From the NCBI RefSeq assembly GCF_900199515.1, contig NZ_LT963434.1, positions 603,272-635,271 on the forward strand: DNA of 32,000 bases, given 5' to 3'. Within the stretch, counting starts at the first letter, position 1, and every line of letters begins with the position of its first letter. The DNA is from Massilicoli timonensis (GTDB lineage Bacteria > Bacillota_I > Bacilli_A > Erysipelotrichales > Erysipelotrichaceae). This document shows, piece by piece, positions 17,367 to 24,582 of this stretch. The notes below the pieces were generated by a model. It was not told the DNA's origin and did not search any database. It was given only the letters and a program-made list of their open reading frames with translations. The position numbers were made by a program, and so were the translations under genes.

Positions 17367-17396
17367 ACCATTCCTGAAAGAAAGCGATGATCTTAT
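17367..17396. repeat. Right copy of the 30-bp target-site duplication
   Basis: Identical to 15813..15842. Confidence 0.9.
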
Positions 17397-17397
17397 G

Positions 17398-17424
17398 TAA
17401 AAAATGGCAGGAGAGATTCCCGCC
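17398..17424 (-). terminator. Rho-independent terminator of the MFS/ArsR operon
   Basis: The minus-strand RNA reads GGCGGGA-AUCUC-UCCUGCC (7 bp including one G-U), followed by AUUUUUUAC. Confidence 0.6.
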
Positions 17425-17441
17425 ACTCTGATTATAGTATT

Positions 17442-18473
17442 TTATTGTTTTGTAAAATACCGTTTTAACTGCTCGATCGTATGATCGATCATATCCTGCT
17501 GGAGCACATAATAGACCATCTTTCCCTGCAGCATGCTTCCCACAAAGCCGTTTTGATATAACTGCCCTAAATGGTGGGAAATCGTCGCCGTTGTAAGCGA
17601 TAGTCGTCTTGCCAATTCACTTTGATAGGCGGGACCTTCTTTTAAGATCATCAAGATCGCAAACTTCGTCGGATCCGCTAACATCTTCAGATGCTCGCTC
17701 ATCTGCTCTTCATCAAAATCACTCGGAATGAAGAAATCGACTGCGCAAAGCAAAATACCGATATAACATACGATGTCGAGGCGATCGCCGCGCTGGGTCC
17801 CCTGCACATTCGCCATATTGCAGGCCGATAAAGAGGCAATGACCGGCATATCTTCCGCTAATGGAAAGCCAATGCGCTTTAACAGGCGATCATATGCTTC
17901 CTTGGTGTGCAGAAACTGATCTAAATAAGCGTATAGATGTCGATGCGCATCCATGATCGGCGCAATTTTCACTGCTACTTCTTCCATGGTCGCAAGAAAA
18001 TCCTTGATCCAGCGTTCATGATCCTGCAAGATGGTAAGCAGCGCAACTTTCAATTCATTTCTGCATTCACAATATAAGACATAATGGATCGGATCTTGGA
18101 TCTCCTCATTCAAAGAAAATACCGCCTCCAAAAACGCCTTGCCCCGATCTTTTTCAAAACCGGTCAAGATACTGGATAAATCCCGGCTGCCGGTAATATC
18201 ATAATACACATAAAACAAGGAATGTAACAAATACTCATTGCCTTTTTCATCATCGTCATCAAGAGGCAGATAAAAGGGATTCTCTTCATGCAAAGTGATC
18301 TTTGCACAGGCATCCATCATTTCGATCGCCGGTTGAAACAGCGTTTCGATCAGTTCTTTTTCCTGCTGCTTAGATAAGATCGACGCCAATGTTTTACGGC
18401 AGTCATCTTTTACCACCTTGCGAAATACCACGCCAAAGGCTTCTACATAAAGATCCGGATTCAGTTTTTTCAT
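17442..18473 (-). CDS. ArsR/SmtB-type wHTH regulator with an uncharacterised ~250-aa N-terminal domain
   Basis: The C-terminal 90 aa (LKMLADPTKFAILMILKEGPAYQSELARRLSLTTATISHHLGQLYQNGFVGSMLQGKMVYYVL) form an ArsR-family HTH. I recognise no motif in the preceding 250 aa. Its start overlaps the MFS stop (ATGA). Confidence 0.75.
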   Translation of the reverse strand: MKKLNPDLYVEAFGVVFRKVVKDDCRKTLASILSKQQEKELIETLFQPAIEMMDACAKITLHEENPFYLPLDDDDEKGNEYLLHSLFYVYYDITGSRDLSSILTGFEKDRGKAFLEAVFSLNEEIQDPIHYVLYCECRNELKVALLTILQDHERWIKDFLATMEEVAVKIAPIMDAHRHLYAYLDQFLHTKEAYDRLLKRIGFPLAEDMPVIASLSACNMANVQGTQRGDRLDIVCYIGILLCAVDFFIPSDFDEEQMSEHLKMLADPTKFAILMILKEGPAYQSELARRLSLTTATISHHLGQLYQNGFVGSMLQGKMVYYVLQQDMIDHTIEQLKRYFTKQ

Positions 18474-19717
18474 GCTTTCCCTCTTTTCTCATCAAATGCG
18501 TCCAGTACCTTCCCGGCACCGCTGATCGCAAAGATCAATATCATCATAACAGCAAATATCCCAGTAATAAAGAAAATTGTCGGAATTTCAATCAATTGCA
18601 GCACCCCGGCGATCAGAAACGACAATACCGGCATGATGACCGTTCCCACTGAATTAAAGACCCCGGCAGCCCGAGAAAGATAAGCCGGTTCCACCACTTT
18701 CACAAACATCACATTGATAAACGCGCCCATGATACCGCTGCAGAGACCTTCGATCAAAAACAATATGATCCATGCACCGAATAACGCCCACTCATTTAGA
18801 TGAGACAAAAAACTGAGCGATAAATAGAAGATCGCCAATCCGCTGAAGGGGATCCACATAAACATAAACGACGGCTTGAGCTTCATTGACAGCTTCGGAT
18901 AAAAAAGCATCGTTACCAAGCTGCATACCGTAAGAATGATGTTTGCGATCGACATATAATTGGCAGAGGCGTGAAGCGTTCCACTGATAAAGGCAGCGGC
19001 AACCGAGCTGAATACCGCGTTGAGTGAATTGACCAAGACCGCACCGATAATAAAGATCAGAAAAGCATGATTTTTACCCAAATAAAGGAAGCCGCCTTTG
19101 AGATTTTTCCAGTAATTGTTGGCCGCAGTCGTTTGATCGATGATTTCCTGCAAACGGATCAAAGCGATGAATAGCGCTGATAAAAAGAAGGTCGCACAGT
19201 CGATCATCATGGCAAGCACCGGCGAAACCGCTACCAGTGCACCGCCGGCAGCCGTCCCCGCCAGCGTACAGACCTGTGAACTTAACTGATTGAAGTTGAT
19301 ACCGGCATCCTGTTCTTCTTTTGACAATACAGACGGCAGAAAAGCGACTCCTGCCGGTACCCGAAACGCTTCGATGGAATTGACGACAAAGGTAAATACG
19401 ACAAACATCCATGCCGCCAATAGATCCAGTTGATGCAGGGCGATGAAAAACGCCAGACAGATTCCTCTTGCCAGATCAGCATAAATCATGACCTTGCGCT
19501 TTTTCAGCTTATCGACGATCGGCGCAGCCAAGGGCTGAAAGATCACGGTCGGCAGCATATTGGCCGCAAACACGATTGCCGACAAAGCGGCGCTTTGGGT
19601 AAATGTATAAGTCAGCCAAGTAAAGGCGATGGCATCAATACTGTCACCAAAGCGATTGACCACATTGGCCAACAGTAAGCTGCGATAATTTCGGTTCTTC
19701 CATAATAAACGATACAT
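18470..19717 (-). CDS. MFS transporter (EntS/macrolide-efflux-like subfamily)
   Basis: About 12 TM segments. The N-terminus WKNRNYRSLLLANVVNRFGDSIDAIAFTWL is typical of this MFS subgroup. The RBS is GGAGGTG. Confidence 0.85.
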   Translation of the reverse strand: MYRLLWKNRNYRSLLLANVVNRFGDSIDAIAFTWLTYTFTQSAALSAIVFAANMLPTVIFQPLAAPIVDKLKKRKVMIYADLARGICLAFFIALHQLDLLAAWMFVVFTFVVNSIEAFRVPAGVAFLPSVLSKEEQDAGINFNQLSSQVCTLAGTAAGGALVAVSPVLAMMIDCATFFLSALFIALIRLQEIIDQTTAANNYWKNLKGGFLYLGKNHAFLIFIIGAVLVNSLNAVFSSVAAAFISGTLHASANYMSIANIILTVCSLVTMLFYPKLSMKLKPSFMFMWIPFSGLAIFYLSLSFLSHLNEWALFGAWIILFLIEGLCSGIMGAFINVMFVKVVEPAYLSRAAGVFNSVGTVIMPVLSFLIAGVLQLIEIPTIFFITGIFAVMMILIFAISGAGKVLDAFDEKRGKA

Positions 19718-19760
19718 TTTGCACCTCCATAGACGTCCATCAACTATATAATTAGATTGA

Positions 19761-19781
19761 TATCTATATACAGTATAGATA
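19761..19781. promoter_or_regulatory. Inverted repeat TATCTATA-N5-TATAGATA overlapping the -10/+1 of the MFS promoter (candidate operator)
   Basis: Perfect 8-bp arms. The repeat overlaps the TATACT -10 hexamer at 19772..19777. Confidence 0.45.
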
Positions 19782-19800
19782 ATCGTTTGATGATTGTCAA
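19772..19800 (-). promoter_or_regulatory. Sigma-A promoter TTGACA-17-TATACT of the MFS/ArsR operon
   Basis: The reverse complement reads cATTGACAatcatcaaacgattatcTATACTgtatatag. Confidence 0.6.
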
Positions 19801-19826
19801 TGTTTTTTTTAGAAAATTATCAATAT

Positions 19827-19852
19827 ATTTATTAGATAACTATCTAACAAAT
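19827..19852. promoter_or_regulatory. 12-2-12 near-perfect palindrome ATTTATTAGATA-AC-TATCTAACAAAT
   Basis: 11 of 12 arm positions are complementary. It shares the TAGATA/TATCTA core with the operator at the -10. The 12-2-12 geometry is the classical ArsR/SmtB operator layout. Confidence 0.4.
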
Positions 19853-19884
19853 AATTTTTTTGCTTAATCACCTGCTTCACCTTC

Positions 19885-20505
19885 TCAGCGCCACATCTTA
19901 CGCAGTTCATCCTGTTCATAACTGCGCAGCTGCAAGGTTTCTTCTTTCCCATACCAGCCCGGATGCGGCGTACAGCCGACCATTTGTGCAAACAATAATC
20001 CAAAGGCGACAAAATACCCGCCTACGGTCGTGATCAGATTGGGTTCAACCCGAATACGCTGCTTTGTGTGATCCAGATCATGCACATCAATGATCGCCTC
20101 CAGTTCCTCCTTTCGGAAATACCCGGCTTCCGTCAGCTCTGTTTTATCAATACCGGCGATCACCTTGCGCGTTCCCAGCACCCCTGCTTTTAACAGCAGC
20201 AAGGGCGATGAGGAAATTGCGCCGATCGGCAGCGAACGAAAGGACCTCACAAAGGCAAGGATCGCTTCATCATCGATTACCTCAGTTAAATTCATACACC
20301 CCGGCAGCAATAAAGAATCAAACTCTTCTATGCGCAATTCATCCAGCAGCTGATCTGCTTTGATATGCAGTCCCTCCTCACTGATCACCACTTCTTTTTT
20401 AGCGAACACGACGATTTCTTTGCCACATTGGTAAAGCGCTGATAAAGCAACGCTCATTTCATAATTACTGCATAGATCATATACTAACACTGCGCACTTT
20501 TTCAT
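19885..20505 (-). CDS. DJ-1/PfpI-superfamily protein; the nucleophile-elbow Cys appears to be replaced by Ser
   Basis: Class I glutamine-amidotransferase-like fold pattern: KKCAVLVYDLCSNYEMSVAL...FDSLLLPG...LPIGAISSSPLLLLKAGVL. Family members normally have AIC(A/H)GP where this protein has AISSSP. Its ATG overlaps the ABC-F stop (ATGA), and the RBS is GGAGGAAGG. Confidence 0.65.
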   Translation of the reverse strand: MKKCAVLVYDLCSNYEMSVALSALYQCGKEIVVFAKKEVVISEEGLHIKADQLLDELRIEEFDSLLLPGCMNLTEVIDDEAILAFVRSFRSLPIGAISSSPLLLLKAGVLGTRKVIAGIDKTELTEAGYFRKEELEAIIDVHDLDHTKQRIRVEPNLITTVGGYFVAFGLLFAQMVGCTPHPGWYGKEETLQLRSYEQDELRKMWR

Positions 20506-22064
20506 GATCCTTCCTCCTCATCCAACAGTTTGGCTACCGTTGTTTTTACTAATCTTCGCTTATGGACGACATAAGCATCCTGAAATACCTGTTTGATCAA
20601 ATAGCGGTCATGGCTGACGCAGATGATGCAGCCGTGATAATCCTGTAACAGCCGATGTATGATCGGCTGAGAGAGCGGCGACAAATTACGAGTCGGCTCA
20701 TCCAGCAGCAGCACATCACAGTTTGCCAATACCAGTGATGCCAAATGCAGCTTCGCTTTTTGTCCATCGCTGAGCGAAGCGACTGCATGTTCCATTTCCT
20801 CTGCGGTAAACTGTAAGCTGCCCAGCAGATCACGTGCCCGCTGCATCACTTCTTTTTCCTGTTTATGACAAAGCATGTCTAAAACAGTGCCGTTTGGAGC
20901 GACGCCTTCCAAATAGTGCTGCGGCATATATCCGACTTTCAGATCATCGCGCTGCTTTAAGCACTCATGCAGAAACCGCAGCAGCGTCGTCTTGCCACAC
21001 CCGTTATCACCGACGATCACGATGCGCTCTCTTGCATAGATCGCAAACTGTTCCAACACCAGCAAAGGCCGATCTGCCAAAGCGATCGTTCCGCTATAAG
21101 ATATGATACATTTATCCTTTGGCAGCGGCTCCTTTTCATCAAAAAACAAACAAATCGCTTCCTGTGGGGTATCCGCCTGATGATAGCTTTTTTCTTCGAT
21201 TCGCTTGATCTGCGCATTGACCGTGTGCATCTTTGATTTCAAACGCGCCGCAAGATAGGGCTGCTGTCGGGAAATTTGATTCTGCGCCGATCGAACGGCA
21301 TTGGCGATGTCATTCATCCTTGTCATCTGTTTTCGATACGCCAGCTTTTCATTATGCGCAATCTGTACTTCTTTTGCATAAGCGCTTTGTCTTTGACTTC
21401 GATAGGCATCATAGCTGCCCTTAAATAACGTATGACGGCACTTGCTTTGGCGATTCACCTGCTCTAAATGCAGGATCTGATTCGCACATTTTCGCAGCAG
21501 CCATTCATCATGAGAAATAAAAATACATGGAATTTCTAATTGTCTGATCCAATTCTCCAGCCATTTGATCGTATTGAGATCTAAGTCATTGCTCGGTTCA
21601 TCTAAGCATAACAGCGTGCAGTGTGTCATCATCAGCTTCAACAGCTGCAGTTTCACCTTTTCTCCGCCGCTCAATGATTCCAGCCTTGTTTCTTCATATA
21701 AAAAGGAAATCTTACCATTCATCTTGATCCATAACCGCTCTACTTCCGGCAGTTGGTTATAGCGATGCATTTCGATTTCCGCTTCCGGTGTTTCTTTTAA
21801 TAAATAATCCAGTATGCCCTGTCCTTCCCAGCCATCTGGGAAATGCTGCGGCAAATACGCGATTGCTTCATCGCATGCGATCTGCCCCTGCACATCAATG
21901 TAATCTGTATCTTCCTGACAAATCAATTTCAGCAGTGTTGATTTTCCGTTCCCTTCTTCTCCGATGATCGCCAAACGATCATGGTTGGAAACAGAAAAAG
22001 ATAGATCATGAAATAATTGTTTTCCATCACTTTTCGTAACGGTAAGCTTTTGGACTTGCAGCAT
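20502..22064 (-). CDS. ABC-F family ATPase (two NBDs, no TMD) with a long inter-domain linker
   Basis: NBD1 has GEEGNGKST, LSGGEKVKLQL and LLCLDEPSNDLD. A linker of about 85 aa is rich in R/K/Q (YRSQRQSAYAKEVQIAHNEKLAYRKQMTRMNDIANAVRSAQNQISRQQPYLAARLKSKMHTVNAQIKRIEE). NBD2 has GDNGCGKTT, LSDGQKAKLHL and LLLDEPTRNLS. The start was trimmed to MLQVQKL (ATG 22064), which follows AGAGAGGTG. Confidence 0.85.
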   Translation of the reverse strand: MLQVQKLTVTKSDGKQLFHDLSFSVSNHDRLAIIGEEGNGKSTLLKLICQEDTDYIDVQGQIACDEAIAYLPQHFPDGWEGQGILDYLLKETPEAEIEMHRYNQLPEVERLWIKMNGKISFLYEETRLESLSGGEKVKLQLLKLMMTHCTLLCLDEPSNDLDLNTIKWLENWIRQLEIPCIFISHDEWLLRKCANQILHLEQVNRQSKCRHTLFKGSYDAYRSQRQSAYAKEVQIAHNEKLAYRKQMTRMNDIANAVRSAQNQISRQQPYLAARLKSKMHTVNAQIKRIEEKSYHQADTPQEAICLFFDEKEPLPKDKCIISYSGTIALADRPLLVLEQFAIYARERIVIVGDNGCGKTTLLRFLHECLKQRDDLKVGYMPQHYLEGVAPNGTVLDMLCHKQEKEVMQRARDLLGSLQFTAEEMEHAVASLSDGQKAKLHLASLVLANCDVLLLDEPTRNLSPLSQPIIHRLLQDYHGCIICVSHDRYLIKQVFQDAYVVHKRRLVKTTVAKLLDEEEGS

Positions 22065-22072
22065 CAGCAACA

Positions 22073-22094
22073 CCTCTCTTTCCAAATGGAGAGG
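22073..22094 (-). promoter_or_regulatory. Hairpin able to sequester the ABC-F Shine-Dalgarno sequence
   Basis: In the minus-strand RNA CCUCUC-CAUUUGGAAA-GAGAGG, the 3' arm is the GAGAGG SD of the ABC-F gene. Confidence 0.4.
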
Positions 22095-22151
22095 GCATGA
22101 CAAAAACCGGTAAATAGAAACATGAGAACTGTTCAACCGAAATTCTTATCA

Positions 22152-22166
22152 TTATTTGCTGTTCAT
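22152..22166 (-). CDS. Candidate 4-codon leader ORF (MNSK) followed by three in-frame stop codons
   Basis: AAAGGAGG-7 nt-ATG AAC AGC AAA TAA TGA TAA lies about 20 nt downstream of the promoter -10. This SD is stronger than those of most genes in the window. Confidence 0.35.
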   Translation of the reverse strand: MNSK

Positions 22167-22191
22167 CGCTGCACCTCCTTTGATTGCTTTC

Positions 22192-22220
22192 ATTATAGCA
22201 CTTGCCTTTTTCTCTGACAA
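22192..22220 (-). promoter_or_regulatory. Sigma-A promoter TTGTCA-17-(TGc)TATAAT for the ABC-F leader
   Basis: The reverse complement reads cccTTGTCAgagaaaaaggcaagTGcTATAATgaaagc. Confidence 0.55.
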
Positions 22221-22251
22221 GGGCTTTCAAAGCGATTGTTTTCCTCTTCAG

Positions 22252-22269
22252 AAGCGACAAATTTCGCTT
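22252..22269. promoter_or_regulatory. Inverted repeat AAGCGA-N6-TCGCTT between the divergent ABC-F and psiE-like promoters
   Basis: Perfect 6-bp arms. It lies just upstream of a TTTACA-18-TATAAT promoter candidate (22275..22304) for the plus-strand gene. Confidence 0.25.
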
Positions 22270-22315
22270 TGATATTTACAGATGACCGGCATTTCCCTTA
22301 TAATGATGATAAGAG

Positions 22316-22729
22316 ATGAGGGATGTTATGCGCAACTATGACAAATTTCAATTATGGCTGCGAGATTTAATTTATCGCATTTGCGATTATTTGATCTATA
22401 TTTTAGTTTTTTCGATCTTTATTGCGATCATCATGACGCTGTTTGCTTTGCCGGATCAGCTGCATGCCTTATTGGATTTCAGCTCCGAATCACTGATCGG
22501 CTTTCTGCAATATGCGATCAATATGCTGATTGCGGTAGAAATGATCCATGTCGTATGTAAGCCTTCTTTAGACAGCGTCGTGGAAGTATTGATCATCGCG
22601 GTTACCCGTGAAGTCATCATCAATCACTTCTCCACGCTGGAAACGCTGATTGCGATCTTATCGCTTGCCGTGCTGTTTCTGATCCGCAAGTTCTTATTCA
22701 TCAAGCAGATCGACAAAGAAGAAGCATAA
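22316..22729 (+). CDS. PsiE-like (phosphate-starvation-inducible protein E family) small membrane protein
   Basis: Four hydrophobic helices. LIAVEMIHVV...VLIIAVTREVIINHFSTLETLIAILSLAVLFLI resembles the E. coli PsiE core ([28 protein letters not shown]). An alternative start ATG at 22328 lies 5 nt after GAGGGA. Confidence 0.55.
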   Translation: MRDVMRNYDKFQLWLRDLIYRICDYLIYILVFSIFIAIIMTLFALPDQLHALLDFSSESLIGFLQYAINMLIAVEMIHVVCKPSLDSVVEVLIIAVTREVIINHFSTLETLIAILSLAVLFLIRKFLFIKQIDKEEA

Positions 22730-22758
22730 GATTGCTTCATTCACCTGCTTAACAGAGA

Positions 22759-22805
22759 AAAAGCATCTTGACTGGGTATGAACCCTTGACAAGATGCTTT
22801 TTTAT
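22759..22805. terminator. Bidirectional terminator between the psiE-like gene and rnfB
   Basis: AAAAGCATCTTG-(19 nt)-CAAGATGCTTTTTT has a 10-12 bp stem with U-runs on both strands. Confidence 0.7.
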
Positions 22806-22809
22806 AAAC

Positions 22810-23118
22810 TTAAGGCTTTACTTTACAGCAGGTGCCATCCGGCCCCGGTGTAGTATTCAAATATTCGGCAATCGCCGTTTTTACTTCCGGTTTGCTTGGC
22901 TTGCACAGGGAAACACTTGCTACTTCGCCATTTACCAAAGCCTCCGCAAGTCCCGAGCATCCCGCATAGCCGCATCCGCCGCAGTTATAGTTCGGAAGCA
23001 TTGCCGTTACTTTTTCAACACGCTCATCGACTTCCACTTTCAAAAACTTATCGGCAACTCCAAGTCCCAAACCAAGCACTGCACCTAATATGATCATTAC
23101 AATAATTGTTGTTACCAT
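22810..23118 (-). CDS. rnfB: Rnf complex subunit B, minimal form (TM helix plus first Fe-S domain only, 102 aa)
   Basis: MVTTIIVMIILGAVLGLGLGVADKFLKVEVDERVEKVTAMLPNYNCGGCGYAGCSGLAEALVNGEVASVSLC matches the RnfB N-terminal module (LPxxNCGxCGYxGCxxxAEA...C). No CxxCxxCxxxCP ferredoxin repeats follow. The stop lies about 5 nt from the terminator. The RBS is GGAGGAGGAAAGG. Confidence 0.8.
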   Translation of the reverse strand: MVTTIIVMIILGAVLGLGLGVADKFLKVEVDERVEKVTAMLPNYNCGGCGYAGCSGLAEALVNGEVASVSLCKPSKPEVKTAIAEYLNTTPGPDGTCCKVKP

Positions 23119-23123
23119 CGTCT

Positions 23124-23300
23124 TTACCTTTCCTCCTCCAAATCATGTGAAGGATGATTTGCACAAGATGTAATTCGGCATCCCGTACATTCAGCCTTTG
23201 CATTCTCACAGCCTTCCGGTACGGGGGTCTTATGATTGAGATAATAAAGCAGCGCATAAATACCGCCCATTACCGCAAATAGCAGCACCGCATAGATCAT
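23124..23300 (-). CDS. Small Cys-rich single-pass membrane protein (58 aa) between rnfA and rnfB
   Basis: MIYAVLLFAVMGGIYALLYYLNHKTPVPEGCENAKAECTGCRITSCANHPSHDLEEER has one TM helix followed by C-x6-C-x2-C-x4-C. The ORF fills the 186-nt rnfA-rnfB gap: its ATG is 4 nt after the rnfA stop and its stop is 5 nt before the rnfB ATG. The SD is weak. Confidence 0.45.
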   Translation of the reverse strand: MIYAVLLFAVMGGIYALLYYLNHKTPVPEGCENAKAECTGCRITSCANHPSHDLEEER

Positions 23301-23304
23301 AGCT

Positions 23305-23880
23305 CTATACCAGTCCCGCCAGACCGCTGAATGCAATTGCCATGATACCGGCAACGATCAATGCGATCGGATTGCCCTTAAAGGCTGCCGGCGTTTTCGC
23401 CGCATCCAAACGCTCCCGAATCGTTGCGAAAATATAGAGCACCAACGTGAAGCCGACCGGGATCGCGATCGAATACGTCAACATTTCCACAAAGTTATAG
23501 CCCTGCTTGATATTTTCCAACGCTACATTCAAGACCACACAGTTCGTCGTGATCAAAGGCAGGTAAACGCCCAAAGAGCGATACAGTGCCGGACTGCTCT
23601 TCTTAATGATCATCTCTGTCAGCTGCACCAAAGAGGCAATGACCAAAATGAAGGTAAGCAGATCCATATAAGTGATTCCCAGCGGATCTAGCACCAAATA
23701 GTAAATACCATACGTTACGATCGACGCAACGACGATGACGAAGATGACCGCCACGCCCATCCCGATCGCCGAGCTTGCTTTTTTGGAAACGCCCATGAAT
23801 GGACACATGCCCAAAAACTGACTCAAAATGACGTTATTGATCAATACGGCAGTAATAAACATCGTAAATAATTCAGTCAT
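23305..23880 (-). CDS. rnfA: Rnf complex subunit A
   Basis: VLINNVILSQFLGMCPFMGVSKK...GVYLPLITTNCVVLNVAL...ATIRERL aligns along its length with E. coli RsxA. Confidence 0.93.
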   Translation of the reverse strand: MTELFTMFITAVLINNVILSQFLGMCPFMGVSKKASSAIGMGVAVIFVIVVASIVTYGIYYLVLDPLGITYMDLLTFILVIASLVQLTEMIIKKSSPALYRSLGVYLPLITTNCVVLNVALENIKQGYNFVEMLTYSIAIPVGFTLVLYIFATIRERLDAAKTPAAFKGNPIALIVAGIMAIAFSGLAGLV

Positions 23881-23883
23881 TGC

Positions 23884-24570
23884 TTACGCCTCCTTTGCGG
23901 CTTTTTTCAGTGCCGCTTCCGCTTTCTCCTGTTCTTTCGCTTTTGCTTCTAAATGATTTTTATAAGCTGCCACACCGGCTGCCAAGATCGCAAATGTGAA
24001 GAATGCGCCGACCGGCTGCGAGAACATGCTGATGACATATTCGGCAGGAATGATGCGAATCTCAAAGATCATCTGCGTCATGTCAAACGGATTGGCGAAA
24101 TTCAAGACGCCGGTTGCTAAAAGCTGACGAATTGCCGACATGACCAGCAGCGCAAACATATAGCCGATGCCCATGCCCAAGCCGTCTAATGCGGAATCGA
24201 AAATATTGTTTTTGCTCGCAAACGCTTCCGCCCGTCCTAGGATGATGCAGTTTACGACGATCAGCGGAATAAAGGTGCCTAGCGCCGTATCCAGTGCTGG
24301 TGCATACGCGGTAATGAGCATCTGAATGATCTTTACCAGTGCTGCGATGATCACGATATACACCGGAATACGAATTTCATTTGGCGTAATGTTGCGAATC
24401 GCCGAAATGATCATGTTTGACAATACCAGCACCACGATCACCGCAACGCTCATACCGATCGCATTGTTTAGCGTCGTCGATACCGCCAGCGTCGAACAGA
24501 TTCCTAAATATAGTGAGAATACCGGGTTTTCACGAACAAATCCCGCAGTAAAATTTTTCATACGGTTCAT
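23884..24570 (-). CDS. rnfE: Rnf complex subunit E
   Basis: ENPVFSLYLGICSTLAVSTTLNNAIGM...EIRIPVYIVIIA...GTFIPLIVVNCIILGRAEAFA is the RsxE/RnfE pattern. It has a Lys/Ala/Glu-rich C-terminal tail. Confidence 0.93.
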   Translation of the reverse strand: MNRMKNFTAGFVRENPVFSLYLGICSTLAVSTTLNNAIGMSVAVIVVLVLSNMIISAIRNITPNEIRIPVYIVIIAALVKIIQMLITAYAPALDTALGTFIPLIVVNCIILGRAEAFASKNNIFDSALDGLGMGIGYMFALLVMSAIRQLLATGVLNFANPFDMTQMIFEIRIIPAEYVISMFSQPVGAFFTFAILAAGVAAYKNHLEAKAKEQEKAEAALKKAAKEA

Positions 24571-24582
24571 CAGATCACCCTC

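Noticed and set aside
22027-22260. A 77-aa ORF spanning the ABC-F leader region.
   Set aside because: It runs across the promoter and into the ABC-F coding start in another frame. The strong SD in this region serves the 4-codon mini-ORF instead.
22730-23118. The possibility that the short rnfB is a pseudogene created by a frameshift or premature stop.
   Set aside because: Only about 80 bp separate its stop from the convergent psiE-like gene, and that spacer is taken up by a terminator. No CxxCxxCxxxCP coding remnant exists in any frame. The truncation is therefore architectural, not a recent lesion.
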